Shown in pieces: positions 28,227-40,214 of a DNA stretch of 64,000 nt. Position 1 is the first letter of the stretch. Every line of letters begins with the position of its first letter. Both the position numbers and the translations under genes were made by a program. The stretch covers positions 96,001 to 160,000 of the forward strand of contig CAWEJX010000015.1 in NCBI GenBank assembly GCA_963809485.1, written 5' to 3'. The notes beneath the pieces are model-generated. The model ran no database searches, had not been told where the DNA came from, and was given only the letters and a program-made list of their open reading frames with translations. Source of the stretch: an uncultured Acidobacteriota bacterium (GTDB lineage: Bacteria; Acidobacteriota; UBA6911).

Positions 28227-29626
28227 AAAATCAACGGATACTCCCTTATGTGGTTGAAGTGATGGATAAGCCGGAGGGGATCACGGCTTGGGCGGGACTG
28301 CCATCGGTGCTGGATGCCATGAGGGCTTTCGGTCTGGCCGAAGTGACTCGGGAACAGATTCGAGTGCGCAAGAGAAATCGGGGCTACAGCGAATCAAAGA
28401 AAGTCGAGGCGCTTGTTCTGCTTATGGCTGCGGGCGGCGAATGCGTCGACGATATCCAGATGCTGAAAGCCGATGCGGGATTATGCCGGCTGGTGGGGGA
28501 TTTTCCGAGTGCGGATGCGCTCCTGACGTTTTTGTACGCTTTTCACGATGAGGCGCTGATCGAGAAAGCTCGGTCGCAATTGACGGGAGATCGAGTGGCC
28601 TTCATTCCTGAAGAGAACAGAGCGCTGCAGGGATTGGCGGAAGTCAACAAAGCCCTGGTGCATCGGGTGGCGGCGCAGGGGAGCTGCAGGCGGGCAACCC
28701 TGGACCATGATGCGACCATTCAGGAAAGCCACAAGCGCGAAGCCCAGCCGCACTACAAAGGAGGACGCGGGTACCAGCCCTCGGCCATTTACTGGGCCGA
28801 GCAGGATTTGGTCGTTGCCGATGAATATCGGGATGGGAATGTTCCGGCGGCGATGGAGAATCTGCGGCTCATCCGGCGGGGATTTGCGAGTTTGCCTGAC
28901 TGGATTGAGGAGCGATACTTCCGAGCCGACAGTGCCTGTTACGACGAGCAGATACTAAAGTGGTTGACCAATCCTGAGCGTGAGGGCGGACCGAAGGGAG
29001 AGATTGGCTTCACGATCAGCGCGGACATGACCGCTGCCCTGCACGACGCGTGTGCGGCAGTGCCGGAAAATCTCTGGCAATTAGTGGAAGAGCGAGTCCA
29101 TGAAACAGTGTGGTGCGCCGAGGTGGAATTTACACCGGGCAACTGGCCCAAGGATGCCAGGCCACTACGCTACCTGGCTGTACGGTTTCGCGCCCGACAG
29201 GGAGAGCTGTTTGGCAACGGCAACTGCCTGAAGTACCTTGCCGTAGTGACCAACCGCAGCGGCGAGGCGGTGGACCTGTTGCGGTGGCACTGGCAGAAAG
29301 CCGGCACGATAGAATTGGTCCACGACGTGAGCAAAAACGAATTGGCGGCCAGGGTGCCGCCCTGTGGCCGCTTCGGGGCCGACGCAGCATGGTACCGGCT
29401 TAGTTTGCTCACCTACAATTTACTGAGCGCGCTGAAGTCGGTGGCCTTACCCGCAGCCATGAGCAACGCACGTCCCAAGCGATTACGCTTTTCCCTGTTC
29501 AACATCGCCGGACGCATTGTCTCCAGAGGCGGGAAGCTCATCCTGCGAATCGCGGCCGACATCGAGCGGATTGTCAAGCTGATTGAAGCGAGGGCTCGTC
29601 TGGCAGCATTGCCAGCGGTAACCTGA
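28223..29626 (+). CDS. IS1380-family DDE transposase
   Basis: ITAWAGL, TLDHDAT, GYQP, YRDGNVPA, FRADSA, AVVTN, IELVHDVSKNEL, RLRFSLFNIAGRIV. Confidence 0.93.
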   Translation: MKNQRILPYVVEVMDKPEGITAWAGLPSVLDAMRAFGLAEVTREQIRVRKRNRGYSESKKVEALVLLMAAGGECVDDIQMLKADAGLCRLVGDFPSADALLTFLYAFHDEALIEKARSQLTGDRVAFIPEENRALQGLAEVNKALVHRVAAQGSCRRATLDHDATIQESHKREAQPHYKGGRGYQPSAIYWAEQDLVVADEYRDGNVPAAMENLRLIRRGFASLPDWIEERYFRADSACYDEQILKWLTNPEREGGPKGEIGFTISADMTAALHDACAAVPENLWQLVEERVHETVWCAEVEFTPGNWPKDARPLRYLAVRFRARQGELFGNGNCLKYLAVVTNRSGEAVDLLRWHWQKAGTIELVHDVSKNELAARVPPCGRFGADAAWYRLSLLTYNLLSALKSVALPAAMSNARPKRLRFSLFNIAGRIVSRGGKLILRIAADIERIVKLIEARARLAALPAVT

Positions 29627-29909
29627 AACTAATCTTCCGCCTGATCCCTCACCTCTCAGGGCGAAGGCTCGCCCAGCCGCATAATATTTCCTCTTGGGAC
29701 TTCCCCTCACCCGAATCACTTCGTTCTTTATTGGGAATGAGTGGCCGCGTCGTCAGTCCAGACCGGTTTTCTGCGGAGGCGTAGTGCCCCTCGGCGCCTT
29801 AGCGCGGGATTAGGGGGCCTCCTCTTTTCTTGCTTCTTCCCATATAACGCATATAATTACCAGTTTTGCTTGCCCCAAGGCACGCAGCCAGAAAGCTTAG
29901 GCGATATTA

Positions 29910-31317
29910 ATGGATAAGAAATTCGGCAGAGATTTGACCGTAGGGAGCATCCCCCGGCACCTTTTGGCATTTTCGTTACCGATGCTGGCCGGGAATGCTC
30001 TCCAGAGCGGCTACAGCATCATCAACATGATCTGGGTGGGCAACATTGTGGGAGAAGGCGGCCTGGGAGCGACCGCGATCAGCTTCCCGATCATGTTCAT
30101 CATCATCGGGCTGGCCTCGGGCGCGACCATGGCCACTTCGGTGCTGGTCGCCCAATATTACGGTGCAAAAAACTTTTCGAGGATGAAGCGGGTCATTGAT
30201 AACTCGGTATCCATCGGCCTGGTTGCCAGCATCGTTCTGGCTGCGCTCGGGATCATCTTCAGCGCTTTCCTCCTGGGATTGATGGACACTCCCAAGGAAA
30301 TCTTTCTCGATGGCTGACAGCTATCTGAAGATCTCTCTTGCCGGCGTTATTCTGATGTATCTCATGTTCACCATCAGCTCGATTCTGCGCGGAATCGGGG
30401 ATACGGTGACACCGCTGATGTTTATGGGATCGGGAATCGTGATAAACGCGATCCTGGATCCTTTCATGATCATAGGCATCTGGCCCTTCCCCAAGATGGG
30501 ATTGAACGGAGCCGCGTTGGCTTCGGTGATTTCTCAGCTCATCAGCCTGACCATGCTGCTGGTCTATTTGAAGGTCAAGAAACACGCAATTTCCATAAAT
30601 TTCCGGAAGCTGACATTCGACAAAGACATCCTGCTCCTTATTTTCAAAATCGGTTTCCCGTCCATGATTCAGCAGTCGCTGGTATCGATCGGGCAGGCTT
30701 TTGTCACGACATACGTGAATTTCTTCGGCGCCTCGGCAATTGCGGCGTTTGGCGCGGCGGGCCGGATCGACATGGTAGCCACAATGCCCGCAATGGCCAT
30801 CGGCATGGCGGCGACGGCCCTGACGGGGCAGAATCTCGGGGCAAGAAAGCCGGAGCGCGTGAAGGAAATCTTCAAGTGGGCGGTGATGCTGGGAACTGCG
30901 CTTTCGGGTGTAATTTCACTTCTGGCGGTAATATTCCCGCGCCTGATCCTTAGGATGTTCATCCATCATGAGCCGGTTCTGGAAATCGGCATCATGTACT
31001 TGAGGATCGTCGCTCCCTGTTATTTCCTCTATGCCCTGATGTTTGTCTCGACAGGGATCGTGAATGGCGCCGGCCAGACCATGGTAACGATGGTCTTCAG
31101 CCTGCTCTCGCTCTGGGCGGTGCGTGTACCGCTGGCCTGGTACTTGTCCCAGCACACCCGACTGGGAATGACGGGCATCTGGATTGCGATGGCGGCAGGA
31201 TTCGTGGTGACCTCGGTCATCAGCTACCTGTATTATCTATCCGGCCGCTGGAAAAAATTCGCCACCGCCTCCCAAATGCCCGTTGAAGAAAAAATGGGCA
31301 TGGCCTTGGAAGGCTAG
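29910..31317 (+). pseudogene. MATE efflux transporter, split by a +1 frameshift near 30305 (possible sequencing error)
   Basis: ORFs 29910-30317 and 30310-31317 join as ...KEIFSMADSY if one T is removed from the TTT run; DLTVGSI, LRGIGDTVTPL, GQNLGA. Confidence 0.85.
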
Positions 31318-31336
31318 GGGACACGGGCGCATCCCT

Positions 31337-33199
31337 CTAAATCCCATGGCGATTCTTTAGTGAATAGACAAACACCGGCGTGGGATGATCCGGTACTGGA
31401 TAAGTACCAATCAGATCATATTTTGGAAGAATTGTCTGGATTGCAGTGAGAACTTCGCGAATAGCGCTTGGTTTTCCGGCTCGAAAAAATGTTTCTTCCA
31501 GCGAAAGATCCTGAGGTGTGTCCGGATGTATCACCATGACCGTGGGCGGCTCGGCCGAAAGCTTTTTGGCATCCAAATGGGCTATGTAGTCTGGGCAGGT
31601 ATCCACCCAATGATTGAGACTTCTGGTAACCGGCATTCTCTCGGACAAAGCGTAAAATATAGGCATGTTGGGGTAGACGAAGATTCGATCTGTGGGCTTA
31701 GAATGCGCAACAATCTTTTCAGTGACGCTCTCAAAGAAATCTGCGGTATAGGGTGAGAGCAGAAAGCCGGACAGGGCTTCCAGCTTCGGTTGGACCCTGG
31801 ATGTAGCGATAGGTGGCTCATTCCATCGGCCCCAACTCTGCGGAAATGCGTATTTGCGCCAGGTAACCGAAACAATGACAAATAGGCAAATAATAATTAC
31901 GACGACCCGATAGCACGCTGCAATAGGTCTGCCGTTAGCTTTTTGAAGCGAATTTGCGAGCAGGTAAGATAGGCCTGGAAATATCATGACCTCAAATGCA
32001 GGCCAGGATATGGACAGAGAATATGCAGATCCGAACCCGACCGCGGCCAAGAGTGCGTGGTTAGGGTCTATGGGCTTTCGAAGTAAAAGCAAACGAGCAA
32101 TAAAAACTACATACATCAAAAAGCCCCCCAGCAGTGTGACGTAGCACAATATGAGTGTTGCCAATCGACTGCCGTTTGGCGGAAGTCCTTTGATGCGGCT
32201 GCCAACAACAATGGCCACAATAGCTAAAACTGCTGCCAACCAATACCATTCTGATACTTGAACAGGTTCCTTTTTTCGCCCGCTCCAATGTATCAAATTC
32301 CATACTGCTAGAATCAGGACAGCCGCAGCCGCAGCGAATGCATAGCTAAGCATTTTAAATGTAAGGTGTATCGGGCGGAAAAGAGAGAGAACCAAGCCAC
32401 CTTTGCTTGAGGGGCCCTTTGCGAATACCTGTTCCCAAAAAACTTCAAATAAACCATCGTCCAGAAGCCAAAAAAAGGTAAAAGCAAATATCGCGCATGT
32501 ACCTATCGCAAGACCTGCAATAATAGGCAACGCCCCTTTTGTCTCGCGCCTATTCCAAAATACAAGTGAAAGAGTTCCGATAACTACTGCAAGACAAATA
32601 ATGCCGACGGACTGTTTCACGGCACAGGCAAAGCCCAGGAATATGCCGCTAATTAGAGCGAGAGCAAGTCTGTGCCCGTGGCGCTTCGCATAACAGGCGG
32701 CAGCCAAAACCCATGTCCCGAGCAGACAAGCGTCGACAGAAATATGATTATAGAAAAAGGGATAATCGGCAATATCGCCAGATGCGAAAACAAAAGCTGC
32801 CACGACCACGAAAGAGGAAAATGCTGGCCTAGCGATCCTGCAAAGCCAAAAGTAGAGCCCAACCGCACTTACCAGTCGCAATAATGCCCCAAATGCCCAC
32901 AAAACAATAAGCCGATCCCCCCCGATAGTGGTAAGCGCTCTTATCAGCCAGATCGATCCTGGCGGACTGGATACGTAAAAATCTCTAAAAGGCAAAAAAT
33001 TGAACCTGCTGCTAATTGCGCAAAACAGCTCTCCACCGAATGTGGGAGATAGATATCGGTTCCACCATAAAGAAAGGAAAAATGCCGTCGTGGCCAGAAC
33101 AGCAAATGCACCCAACCATTCCTCGAGGTTTACACGTAAGCTTGGCGGCAAGATTTCAGTCCCATTCTGATGTTTGTATCCGTTGAGACCGATTATCAT
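31337..33199 (-). CDS. Polytopic membrane protein, putative GT-C glycosyltransferase
   Basis: About 12 TMs, LPFRDFY..PPG loop, ACAVKQ, soluble C-terminal domain (DRIFVYPNMPIFYALSER); downstream of a GtrB-like GT2. Confidence 0.65.
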   Translation of the reverse strand: MIIGLNGYKHQNGTEILPPSLRVNLEEWLGAFAVLATTAFFLSLWWNRYLSPTFGGELFCAISSRFNFLPFRDFYVSSPPGSIWLIRALTTIGGDRLIVLWAFGALLRLVSAVGLYFWLCRIARPAFSSFVVVAAFVFASGDIADYPFFYNHISVDACLLGTWVLAAACYAKRHGHRLALALISGIFLGFACAVKQSVGIICLAVVIGTLSLVFWNRRETKGALPIIAGLAIGTCAIFAFTFFWLLDDGLFEVFWEQVFAKGPSSKGGLVLSLFRPIHLTFKMLSYAFAAAAAVLILAVWNLIHWSGRKKEPVQVSEWYWLAAVLAIVAIVVGSRIKGLPPNGSRLATLILCYVTLLGGFLMYVVFIARLLLLRKPIDPNHALLAAVGFGSAYSLSISWPAFEVMIFPGLSYLLANSLQKANGRPIAACYRVVVIIICLFVIVSVTWRKYAFPQSWGRWNEPPIATSRVQPKLEALSGFLLSPYTADFFESVTEKIVAHSKPTDRIFVYPNMPIFYALSERMPVTRSLNHWVDTCPDYIAHLDAKKLSAEPPTVMVIHPDTPQDLSLEETFFRAGKPSAIREVLTAIQTILPKYDLIGTYPVPDHPTPVFVYSLKNRHGI

Positions 33200-33305
33200 T
33201 GATATCCTCTCACCCCTATTTCGAGCTTTGTCGATTTTGGTCTTCTATGCCCACCACTGGCTAGAAACTCTCCCGCGAATAGGTTTCCTGAACATATAGC
33301 AGAAG

Positions 33306-34270
33306 TTAGCCTTGGCGCGAAAAAATGCTGACTGTATCAGAGTTATCGAAATTGATCCGTTCTTTTTCAACTACCAGAGGACGTTTGAGCACCTGCGTGT
33401 GAATAGATCCGAGATATTCGCCGATAATTCCGATAAAAAACAATTGAACGGCGGAAAAGAAAAAAATGCCGATTATAATGGGAGCCATGCCAACCTGGAA
33501 ATTATTCCAAAAGATCAGCTTGTAGATCAAATAACCCAGCGCCACCAACAAGCTGAGTGAGCCGACGCAAAATCCCGCCCACGTTGCCAAGCGAAGAGGT
33601 ATTTTCGAATGACTGGTTATTCCAAGCATGGCGATGTCGTACAAAGAATAAAAATTCTGTTTGGTGAGGCCCCGCTTTCGCAATGGTTGCCGGTATGGAA
33701 TTTCCGTCCGTTCAAATCCGACATCGCAAATCAATCCCCGGAAATAAGGCATCGGATCCTCGATTGTCCTGAGGATGTCTATAATACGGCGGTCGTATAG
33801 GCCAATCCGGTAAAGTTTTTCACCAACGGAAGCTCCGAAAGCCTGCCGATTAAATGGTAATACAACCGACGCATCATAAGGATAAAATGAGACTCGTCGC
33901 TTTCCCTCTTTACTCCAAGGACGATCTTATATCCAGCCTCCCATCGTTCCAAAAACAAGGCGATCATGTCGGGCGGATCCTGGAAATCGGCTACCATCGT
34001 GATAACGGCGTCGCCCGACGCCTGCAGGAGCGCGTGGTGTGGCGACCGCGTGCACCCAAAATTGCGCGAATTGATAATGACCTTGATCCTGTGATCGGAT
34101 GCCGCGAGATGCCTTAGAATGGCCTGAGAACTGTCTGTCGAATCGTTGTCGATGATTATGTGTTCGTATTCATATTTGCCTATGCGCGCAAAAACCTCAC
34201 GCACGCTCCGACAAAGCATCTCAAGGTTTTCTTCTTCATTATAGCAGGGCGTGACAATGGAAATCAGCAT
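33306..34270 (-). pseudogene. GtrB/ArnC-like polyprenol-phosphate glycosyltransferase (GT2), frameshifted near 33790
   Basis: MLISIVTPCYNEE, IIDNDSTD, SRNFG, ADFQDPP; C-terminal part with two TMs and GIIGEYLG...KRPL. Confidence 0.85.
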
Positions 34271-34286
34271 TTGCAACCCGTTCTTT

Positions 34287-35359
34287 TCATTTGAGATAAT
34301 CCTCGTCGATGAAGACTTCCTTATAGCATACCGGAGGTTCCCTTCCCTCAAGCTTGCATATATAATGATCCAGGAATTCTCCCTTGACGCTTCCCAGACA
34401 CGTCTCCTGACGCTGTCCAAAAATCTTATATTCATGCCTCGCTCAAGAATATGCTTCAAGGGTTCTTCAAACACATTGCCGATGGACACGTGAATCCAGG
34501 GACACGGCATCACATCACCGTACCGAGTAATTGACACCATACGCTTAACCGCAATGCACCCTAGGTCAAGACCATATGTTGAAACAAGATGAGTAAAAGC
34601 GTTATATCTTTTTTCAAATTCCCGAACATGGATTAGGTCTTCTTGCGTGAGAATTACATCAGAATGGCCTTCCCATTCCCCAGCCAACTTCGCGAGCATC
34701 AGCACAACGCCGACTCCCAATTTCTCCGTGAACTCCAGAAAATCAATGAATTCCTGCGAGTACGCCCGCTGTTTGGTAACGACCGTGTTCAATAATACGG
34801 AGAGCTCAGCATTTAGGGAGGCGTCAATAGCCTTCAGCACGCGGGCATGTGAGCCGGGTTTCCGGCGAAAATCATCGTGTTCTTTCGGCGAAATGCTGTC
34901 CAGACTCAAATGTACTTTTTCAATACCAATGCTCTTTAGATGCCGCGCCTTCTTATCGTCCAGAAACCATCCATTAGAGTCGATTGCAATATAGAACTTA
35001 TTCGGATCGATGGCTTCCACCAAAAGATCTAGATCATGAAAAATGAGTGGTTCGCCGCCGGTAATTGTTACGTGCGCCAATCCCAATTCATCGGCCTGCC
35101 TAGAAAGCTCACGAACATCATCGAGTGTAAAATGGCGCCGGTGTTGTTTCATCTTGCTGATACAACAATGCTTACAGTGGAAATTGCACCTATAGTCATA
35201 CTGAAATTGCAAAATAGCAATGCTCTCGCCACGCATTGCCTTTGCAGCATAATTGATCACCTTCTCGTAAACGCGAGGCCGCGCGCTCTTGAGATATTCG
35301 CGCTTTCTCACTTCGACTTCCGTTAAGGATCCCTTAACTGTTGACATTTCTGTTTTCAT
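34287..35359 (-). CDS. Radical SAM enzyme with SPASM/Twitch-type C-terminus (frameshift near 34400 falsely fuses it to the GT2)
   Basis: CNFHCKHC, ITGGEPL, DSNG, SLDS, GCIAVKR.VSITRYGDVMPC; alternative frame ends LPVCYKEVFIDEDYLK-stop at 34287. Confidence 0.85.
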
Positions 35360-35654
35360 GAATTAAAACTTTCCAAACGAAGTTCACTCGATCCTTTCCG
35401 GTATTTTTCTAAGGGAAAATATACCCAAGAAACATGCAGCTGAATATTGCACTGGGTGTGGACGGAGCGAATTATCACAATTTACTCTTACCTCCCCTAA
35501 CTTTATGCGAAGTCTTTCCACCCCTCCTCGGGATATTATCTGTGCGCCATAATACCAATAGCTATATGAATCTCTAGAGCCAATAAACAAGCGATTTCAG
35601 CCTCGATACTCATGTCGGCCGCCCCTTTGGCTCGGATTCCTTACTATTTGCACA

Positions 35655-37466
35655 TCAGTTTTCTCGCAAGGCTTTAATGATCATGTTGTCGAGGAACTCC
35701 TCTCGCGACAGAAATGGCCAAAGATCTTCCAGTGGCTTGGAATAGATTGAGCCATCCTCACGCACCGTCGTTGAAATACAGGGCATTCGAATCTCTTCCG
35801 GATCGATCGTTACGTCGCAGATAACAGGTCCTTGCGTATGGATTACACGTCGAATTTTTCGCAAAAGGTCTTTTTGATTCTCAATCTTGGCTGTCGCGAT
35901 TCCATAAGCTTTTGCCACACGAGTCAAATTGGGCAGCATCAAGCCGCTTGAAGCATCCGAGCCAACGAAACGTCCGGCAAAATGGTTACGCTGCATTGTC
36001 CGTATGGAAGCATAACCTTGGTTGTTTAATACGAATACCTTCACCGGCAACTGCAGCCTGGCAAGGGTGGCGAGCTCCTGAATGTTCAGCTGAAAACCTC
36101 CGTCTCCGTCAATGCAAACCGTCTGTCTTACCCCACCACCTAAACATGCTCCTATCGCGGCCGGCAAGCCCAAATCCCATGGCGCCGAGACCGCCCGTTA
36201 AGAAGGCTCGTTGTCCTTCCTTTGACTGGAAGGCTAACATAAATATCTCAATGGCCGCTCCAGAACTGCAAAGCACAATCAGGTCGTTCTGGTCCAGCTC
36301 TTTAGAAAGCACTTCGCTGAAAAAATATGTGCTGACAAATTGAGACAGCGATCGATGTTCGGGCAAGTACAACAGGGTATCTTTGCTTCCAATCCCGGCA
36401 GCGTTGAAGCCAAGAGATGCGATTCTTTCGATGAATGCTTTCTCCGCTGGCGCAACATTTCCTGGATAAATGCACCGGCCTCAGCATGCACCGCAAGCTC
36501 GATAGGCGTATTCATTTTTTGAATTTCCGCCGGATCTATATCGACCATGATCTTTCGGGCAGCTCGAGCAAAATTTGCATGGTTATAGCCTGTTTGCACC
36601 GGATCCAGCCGGCATCCCAACACAAGGAGACAGTCACAGTTCTGAAGGGCAAAATTGGCGCCTCTTGAAGCAAACGCGCCCGGGCGCCCCACATAAAGTG
36701 GATGCTCGTAAGGCATCAGATCCAATCCGTTGGTCCGGCTGGTTAGAACCGGTACACCTAATTCATCAACCAGTTTCCTGAACTCTTTGCAGGCTCCGGA
36801 TAGATGCACGCCGTTGCCCGCAAGGATGATTGGTCGCTCTGCCCGATTGATCATTTCCATCGCTTTCTTCACATATTCAGCAAGCGCAGCCGAATCAAAA
36901 GCTGGGGGCAGTTCAGCGGGATTGAATCCCATGAGTTGATCGGGATTAATAGATGCAGCTTGAACATCCAAAGGAATATCGATCCATACCGGCCCGGGCC
37001 TTCCATAGCGGGCCAGAAATAATGCTTTTTCCAGGTGATATCGTATCGTCGCCGGGTCAATGATAGTAACCGCATATTTGGTAATAGGCTTTACAATCGA
37101 GACAATGTCGACTTCCTGGACGCCCATCTGCCGGACACCAGAATTTAGCATCAGGTCCGATCGCTTTACCTGCCCTGAAAGAACGAGACAAGGAGTGGAT
37201 TCGATCCATGCTCCGGTAATTCCTGTAAGCGCATTCGTGCCTCCAGGCCCTGACGTTACCAGCACAACGCCCAGATCTCCCGTAACGCGGCCATAGGCCT
37301 CTGCAGCTATTGCAGCCGCCTGTTCATGGAGCATGCATACGGGCCGGATGGCCCGGCAGAGGCCGAGGGAATCCACCAAATGCATTGCCCCTCCCCCAGG
37401 AAGGAAGAAGACATGCCGGATCTTTCTTTTCGCCACCGTTTCGAAAACGTAGTCAGTAAGTTTCAA
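35655..37466 (-). pseudogene. ThDP-dependent acetolactate-synthase/YerE-like enzyme in three frames
   Basis: FFLPGGGAMHL, HEQAAAIAAEAY, VTSGPG, GRPGPVWIDIPLDVQ, GAMGFG, DGDGGFQLNIQEL...LNNQGY. Confidence 0.88.
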
Positions 37467-37598
37467 GGCAAAATCACAAAAAATGAGAAAAAGGTTTTAT
37501 GGTCGGTGACCCATCGAGACAATCAATCTCATAAGCAAATCATAGTTCTTAAGGAAATGCCGGCCCCCAACCATGGGAAAGCAATGCCATTGGGTTCG

Positions 37599-39101
37599 CT
37601 ATCGCATCCAGTATGTAACAAGTGTTTTTCTCTCTGCATTTGCCATAATCAACGGGTCCGTATAATAGGAATCCTCAACATGGTGCTTGGTGGAAATTTC
37701 CTCTATTACCGCCCCGGTCAGAGACCGCATCGTGTGTTTCACCGCTCTTTCGGCTGTAACCACATCCCCTGCACGGTACAGCTGCTCTTTACCATTCAAG
37801 CCGATGTACACGTCGCCATATAGAATATGAAAAGTCTCTTCTTTTAGCTGATGATATTGCTCGGGATGCAGCTGATTGGGTAGCATTACCAGCAGTTTCT
37901 TGCAGTACTCGCGGTTGACGATCTCAAGCATTGTAATGCCGACTTGGCGGAATCTGTCGATCCCATGATGATGGGATATTTCCATATTCACCTGGCTTGG
38001 CAATGATAGGTTGCTGTCCTTGAGTACCTGTTTTACTTCCTGAATGGCCTCATATATTTTATCTCGGTTATTGACTATCCTTAGCTGGGTCTTGAGAACT
38101 GGTTTGTTCTCACTGATTTCCTCTGGGTGTGAAACTCGATGTATTTCGACATTTCATTTGCCGTCAATTGACCATCCTGAACGGGGAATAGCCATGAAAA
38201 TATCACCGGTTGTAATCGGGATCCTTTGGTAATTTTTCGTTTTGCGTAGATGCCGCGCCGTAGACCCTGCAGGTTGGAAAGCTCCTGTTGGCTTGGATTA
38301 TAACGGTTGTCTTGTGGTCCGCACATCATGAATGCCAGGTTGGGCCGATTCTAGCCATCGGCGAACCTGCTCTGGAGTTGAGGAATAGCTGTTTACAGAT
38401 ATACCTTCCCCTGCCACAGCCACATGCTTCTCGAATATATCCGCGCCTTTTGCTATGGCAAGTTTTATGGGATCGGATTGATCAGGCGATTCATGGGTTG
38501 AAAATCCCACAGGAACCTGAGGGTATCGTGCTCGAAGCAGGTCAATCTGATTCATGGCCAGCTCCTCGGGCATTGCCGGATAGGACGCGATGCAATGCAT
38601 CAGAGCCATATCCTTCTGCCTGTGCTGGAAAAAGCTTACCACCTTGTCAATATTATCGATGGACTCACCGGCGACCGAAGCAATTACCGGCTTGGAAGTC
38701 ATCACGATTCGTTCCAGCAGCGGCCAATCAGTAAAAGAACAACTGGCAACCTTTATGATATCAATGCCATGTTGTTCAATCAGATCGACGGAAGCCTCGT
38801 CAAAGGGCGTACAGATAGATATCATTCCCAAGGAATCCAGTTCCTCCTTGAGCCTGCGGAATTGATCCGGGCTTAGGCGTGTTTCAATGAACCGTCGGAC
38901 ATATTTCAGACTACTGTTGCGATACTCCGGATGGATGAATGTATCCAGGTCACGGTACTGAAACTTAAATGCAAAGTGCCAGGGGAATGAACGCGATATT
39001 CTGGAAATCTCCCGTATGATGCGCAGACCCAGCTCGGGCCGTCCCATGTGGTTGTTGGCCAGTTCAAATACGAACAAGGGTGTGACATCGCTGAGTTTCA
39101 T
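37599..39101 (-). pseudogene. NeuB-family synthase + SAF + D-lyxose-isomerase-like cupin fusion, several frameshifts
   Basis: FELANNHMG, FKFQ, TPFD, IKVAS, MHCIASYP, GFSTHE, FEKH; LRRGIYA (SAF); YCKKLL...HPEQYHQLKEETF...KH (cupin). Confidence 0.8.
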
Positions 39102-39176
39102 GCCGGTTCTCCTTAAGGCAAATATGGCGGCGACGTCCAAATATCATCAATGAGGCAAGGATTCTCCTCAGTCAGC

Positions 39177-40214
39177 TCAGTTAGAGTTACAGCCATAATA
39201 GTCGATTGTGCGGCTTATTGCGTCGGGGAGGGAAATCGAGGATGTTAGCCCCAGTTCAGCCCTTGCCTTGCTTACATCAGGGACATATCGCTCGGAAAGC
39301 ACATTGTGTCTTGCCCGCTTTTTAATATGAACCTCGACACCTCCGCAGACTTCGGCAACACATGCAGCAATTTCTGCAATTGTCATTTCCTGATCCGAAC
39401 CCACGTTATAGGCTTGGCACTGTTTTCCTTCAAACAAAATCGACCATAGCCAGACCGCTAAATCAGCTGCATACAAATAGGAACGATAACTTGTACCATC
39501 GCTTTCCACAATTATTGGCCCGCCGCGAAGTGCGTCACGGATAAAATTTCCAATAGCAAAGTGGCCATCCAAAGGCAGATATGGCCCAACAAAGGCAAAA
39601 CATCGGCCCGTTTTTACGTGGATCCCTGCATCACGAGCGTAGATGCTGCAAAGAAGCTCAGCACAACGTTTGCCTTCCCCATAGGCAGACTCCGGATTCA
39701 TGGTTTCCGGGCCGGAACTGCACTCTTCAGAAATATGGGTGATCGAGGGCAATTGCCGGCCATAGACTGCCCCTGAACTGATAAGCAAAAAACTCTTAGT
39801 ATTATGGCTGACAGCAAAGTCCAATACCCGTCGAGTACCGGCAATAATGGTGTCCAGCATGACTAGGGGATATCGAGTGTTCAGATCTGATGCTGACTCA
39901 GCAGCGGCGTGGATGACAAACGGAAATTCTCCCTCAGGAAAGGCAAAATTCCTAACATCGCCGTTCACAAAACTGATATCCGGATTATGTGCCAAATGTG
40001 GTGCTTTTCGCGCGAATGCATCGATGTTGCGAGTAAGCACACATGTGCTGGCATTTAACGAAAGATTGAGATTTGCCCACGCAAAGCTCTCCAGGAGCCA
40101 GCTGCCAATAAATCCGGTACCGCCGGTAATGAAAACTCTCTGGTTGCGCATTCCTTCCCAAAGGCTGCCGGTCAGGGTAAGTATGTGATCCAGATCCTTT
40201 TCCCAAACGATTAC
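39177..40214 (-). CDS. NAD-dependent nucleotide-sugar epimerase/dehydratase/reductase (SDR); 5' end approximate
   Basis: [30 protein letters not shown]; the frame extends upstream of 40151 (DLDHILTL), with a probable indel near 40200. Confidence 0.88.
   Translation of the reverse strand, partial: VIVWEKDLDHILTLTGSLWEGMRNQRVFITGGTGFIGSWLLESFAWANLNLSLNASTCVLTRNIDAFARKAPHLAHNPDISFVNGDVRNFAFPEGEFPFVIHAAAESASDLNTRYPLVMLDTIIAGTRRVLDFAVSHNTKSFLLISSGAVYGRQLPSITHISEECSSGPETMNPESAYGEGKRCAELLCSIYARDAGIHVKTGRCFAFVGPYLPLDGHFAIGNFIRDALRGGPIIVESDGTSYRSYLYAADLAVWLWSILFEGKQCQAYNVGSDQEMTIAEIAACVAEVCGGVEVHIKKRARHNVLSERYVPDVSKARAELGLTSSISLPDAISRTIDYYGCNSN

Larger units (their letters stand above)
27770..29815 (+). 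mobile_element. Complete IS1380-family insertion sequence (2046 bp)
   Basis: 30-bp TIRs 27770-27799 and 29786-29815 (29/30 identical, CCCTAATCCCGCGCTAAGG...); flanks GGCTT/GGCCT suggest an imperfect 5-bp TSD. Confidence 0.92.

Noticed and set aside
33779-35359. Radical SAM-GT2 fusion protein (526 aa in the ORF track)
   Set aside because: A frameshift near 34400 bypasses a natural stop at 34287, and the GT2 has its own ATG at 34270
35384-35590. Small AT-rich ORF between the ThDP and radical SAM genes
   Set aside because: No recognisable motif or SD; may be a remnant but cannot be supported
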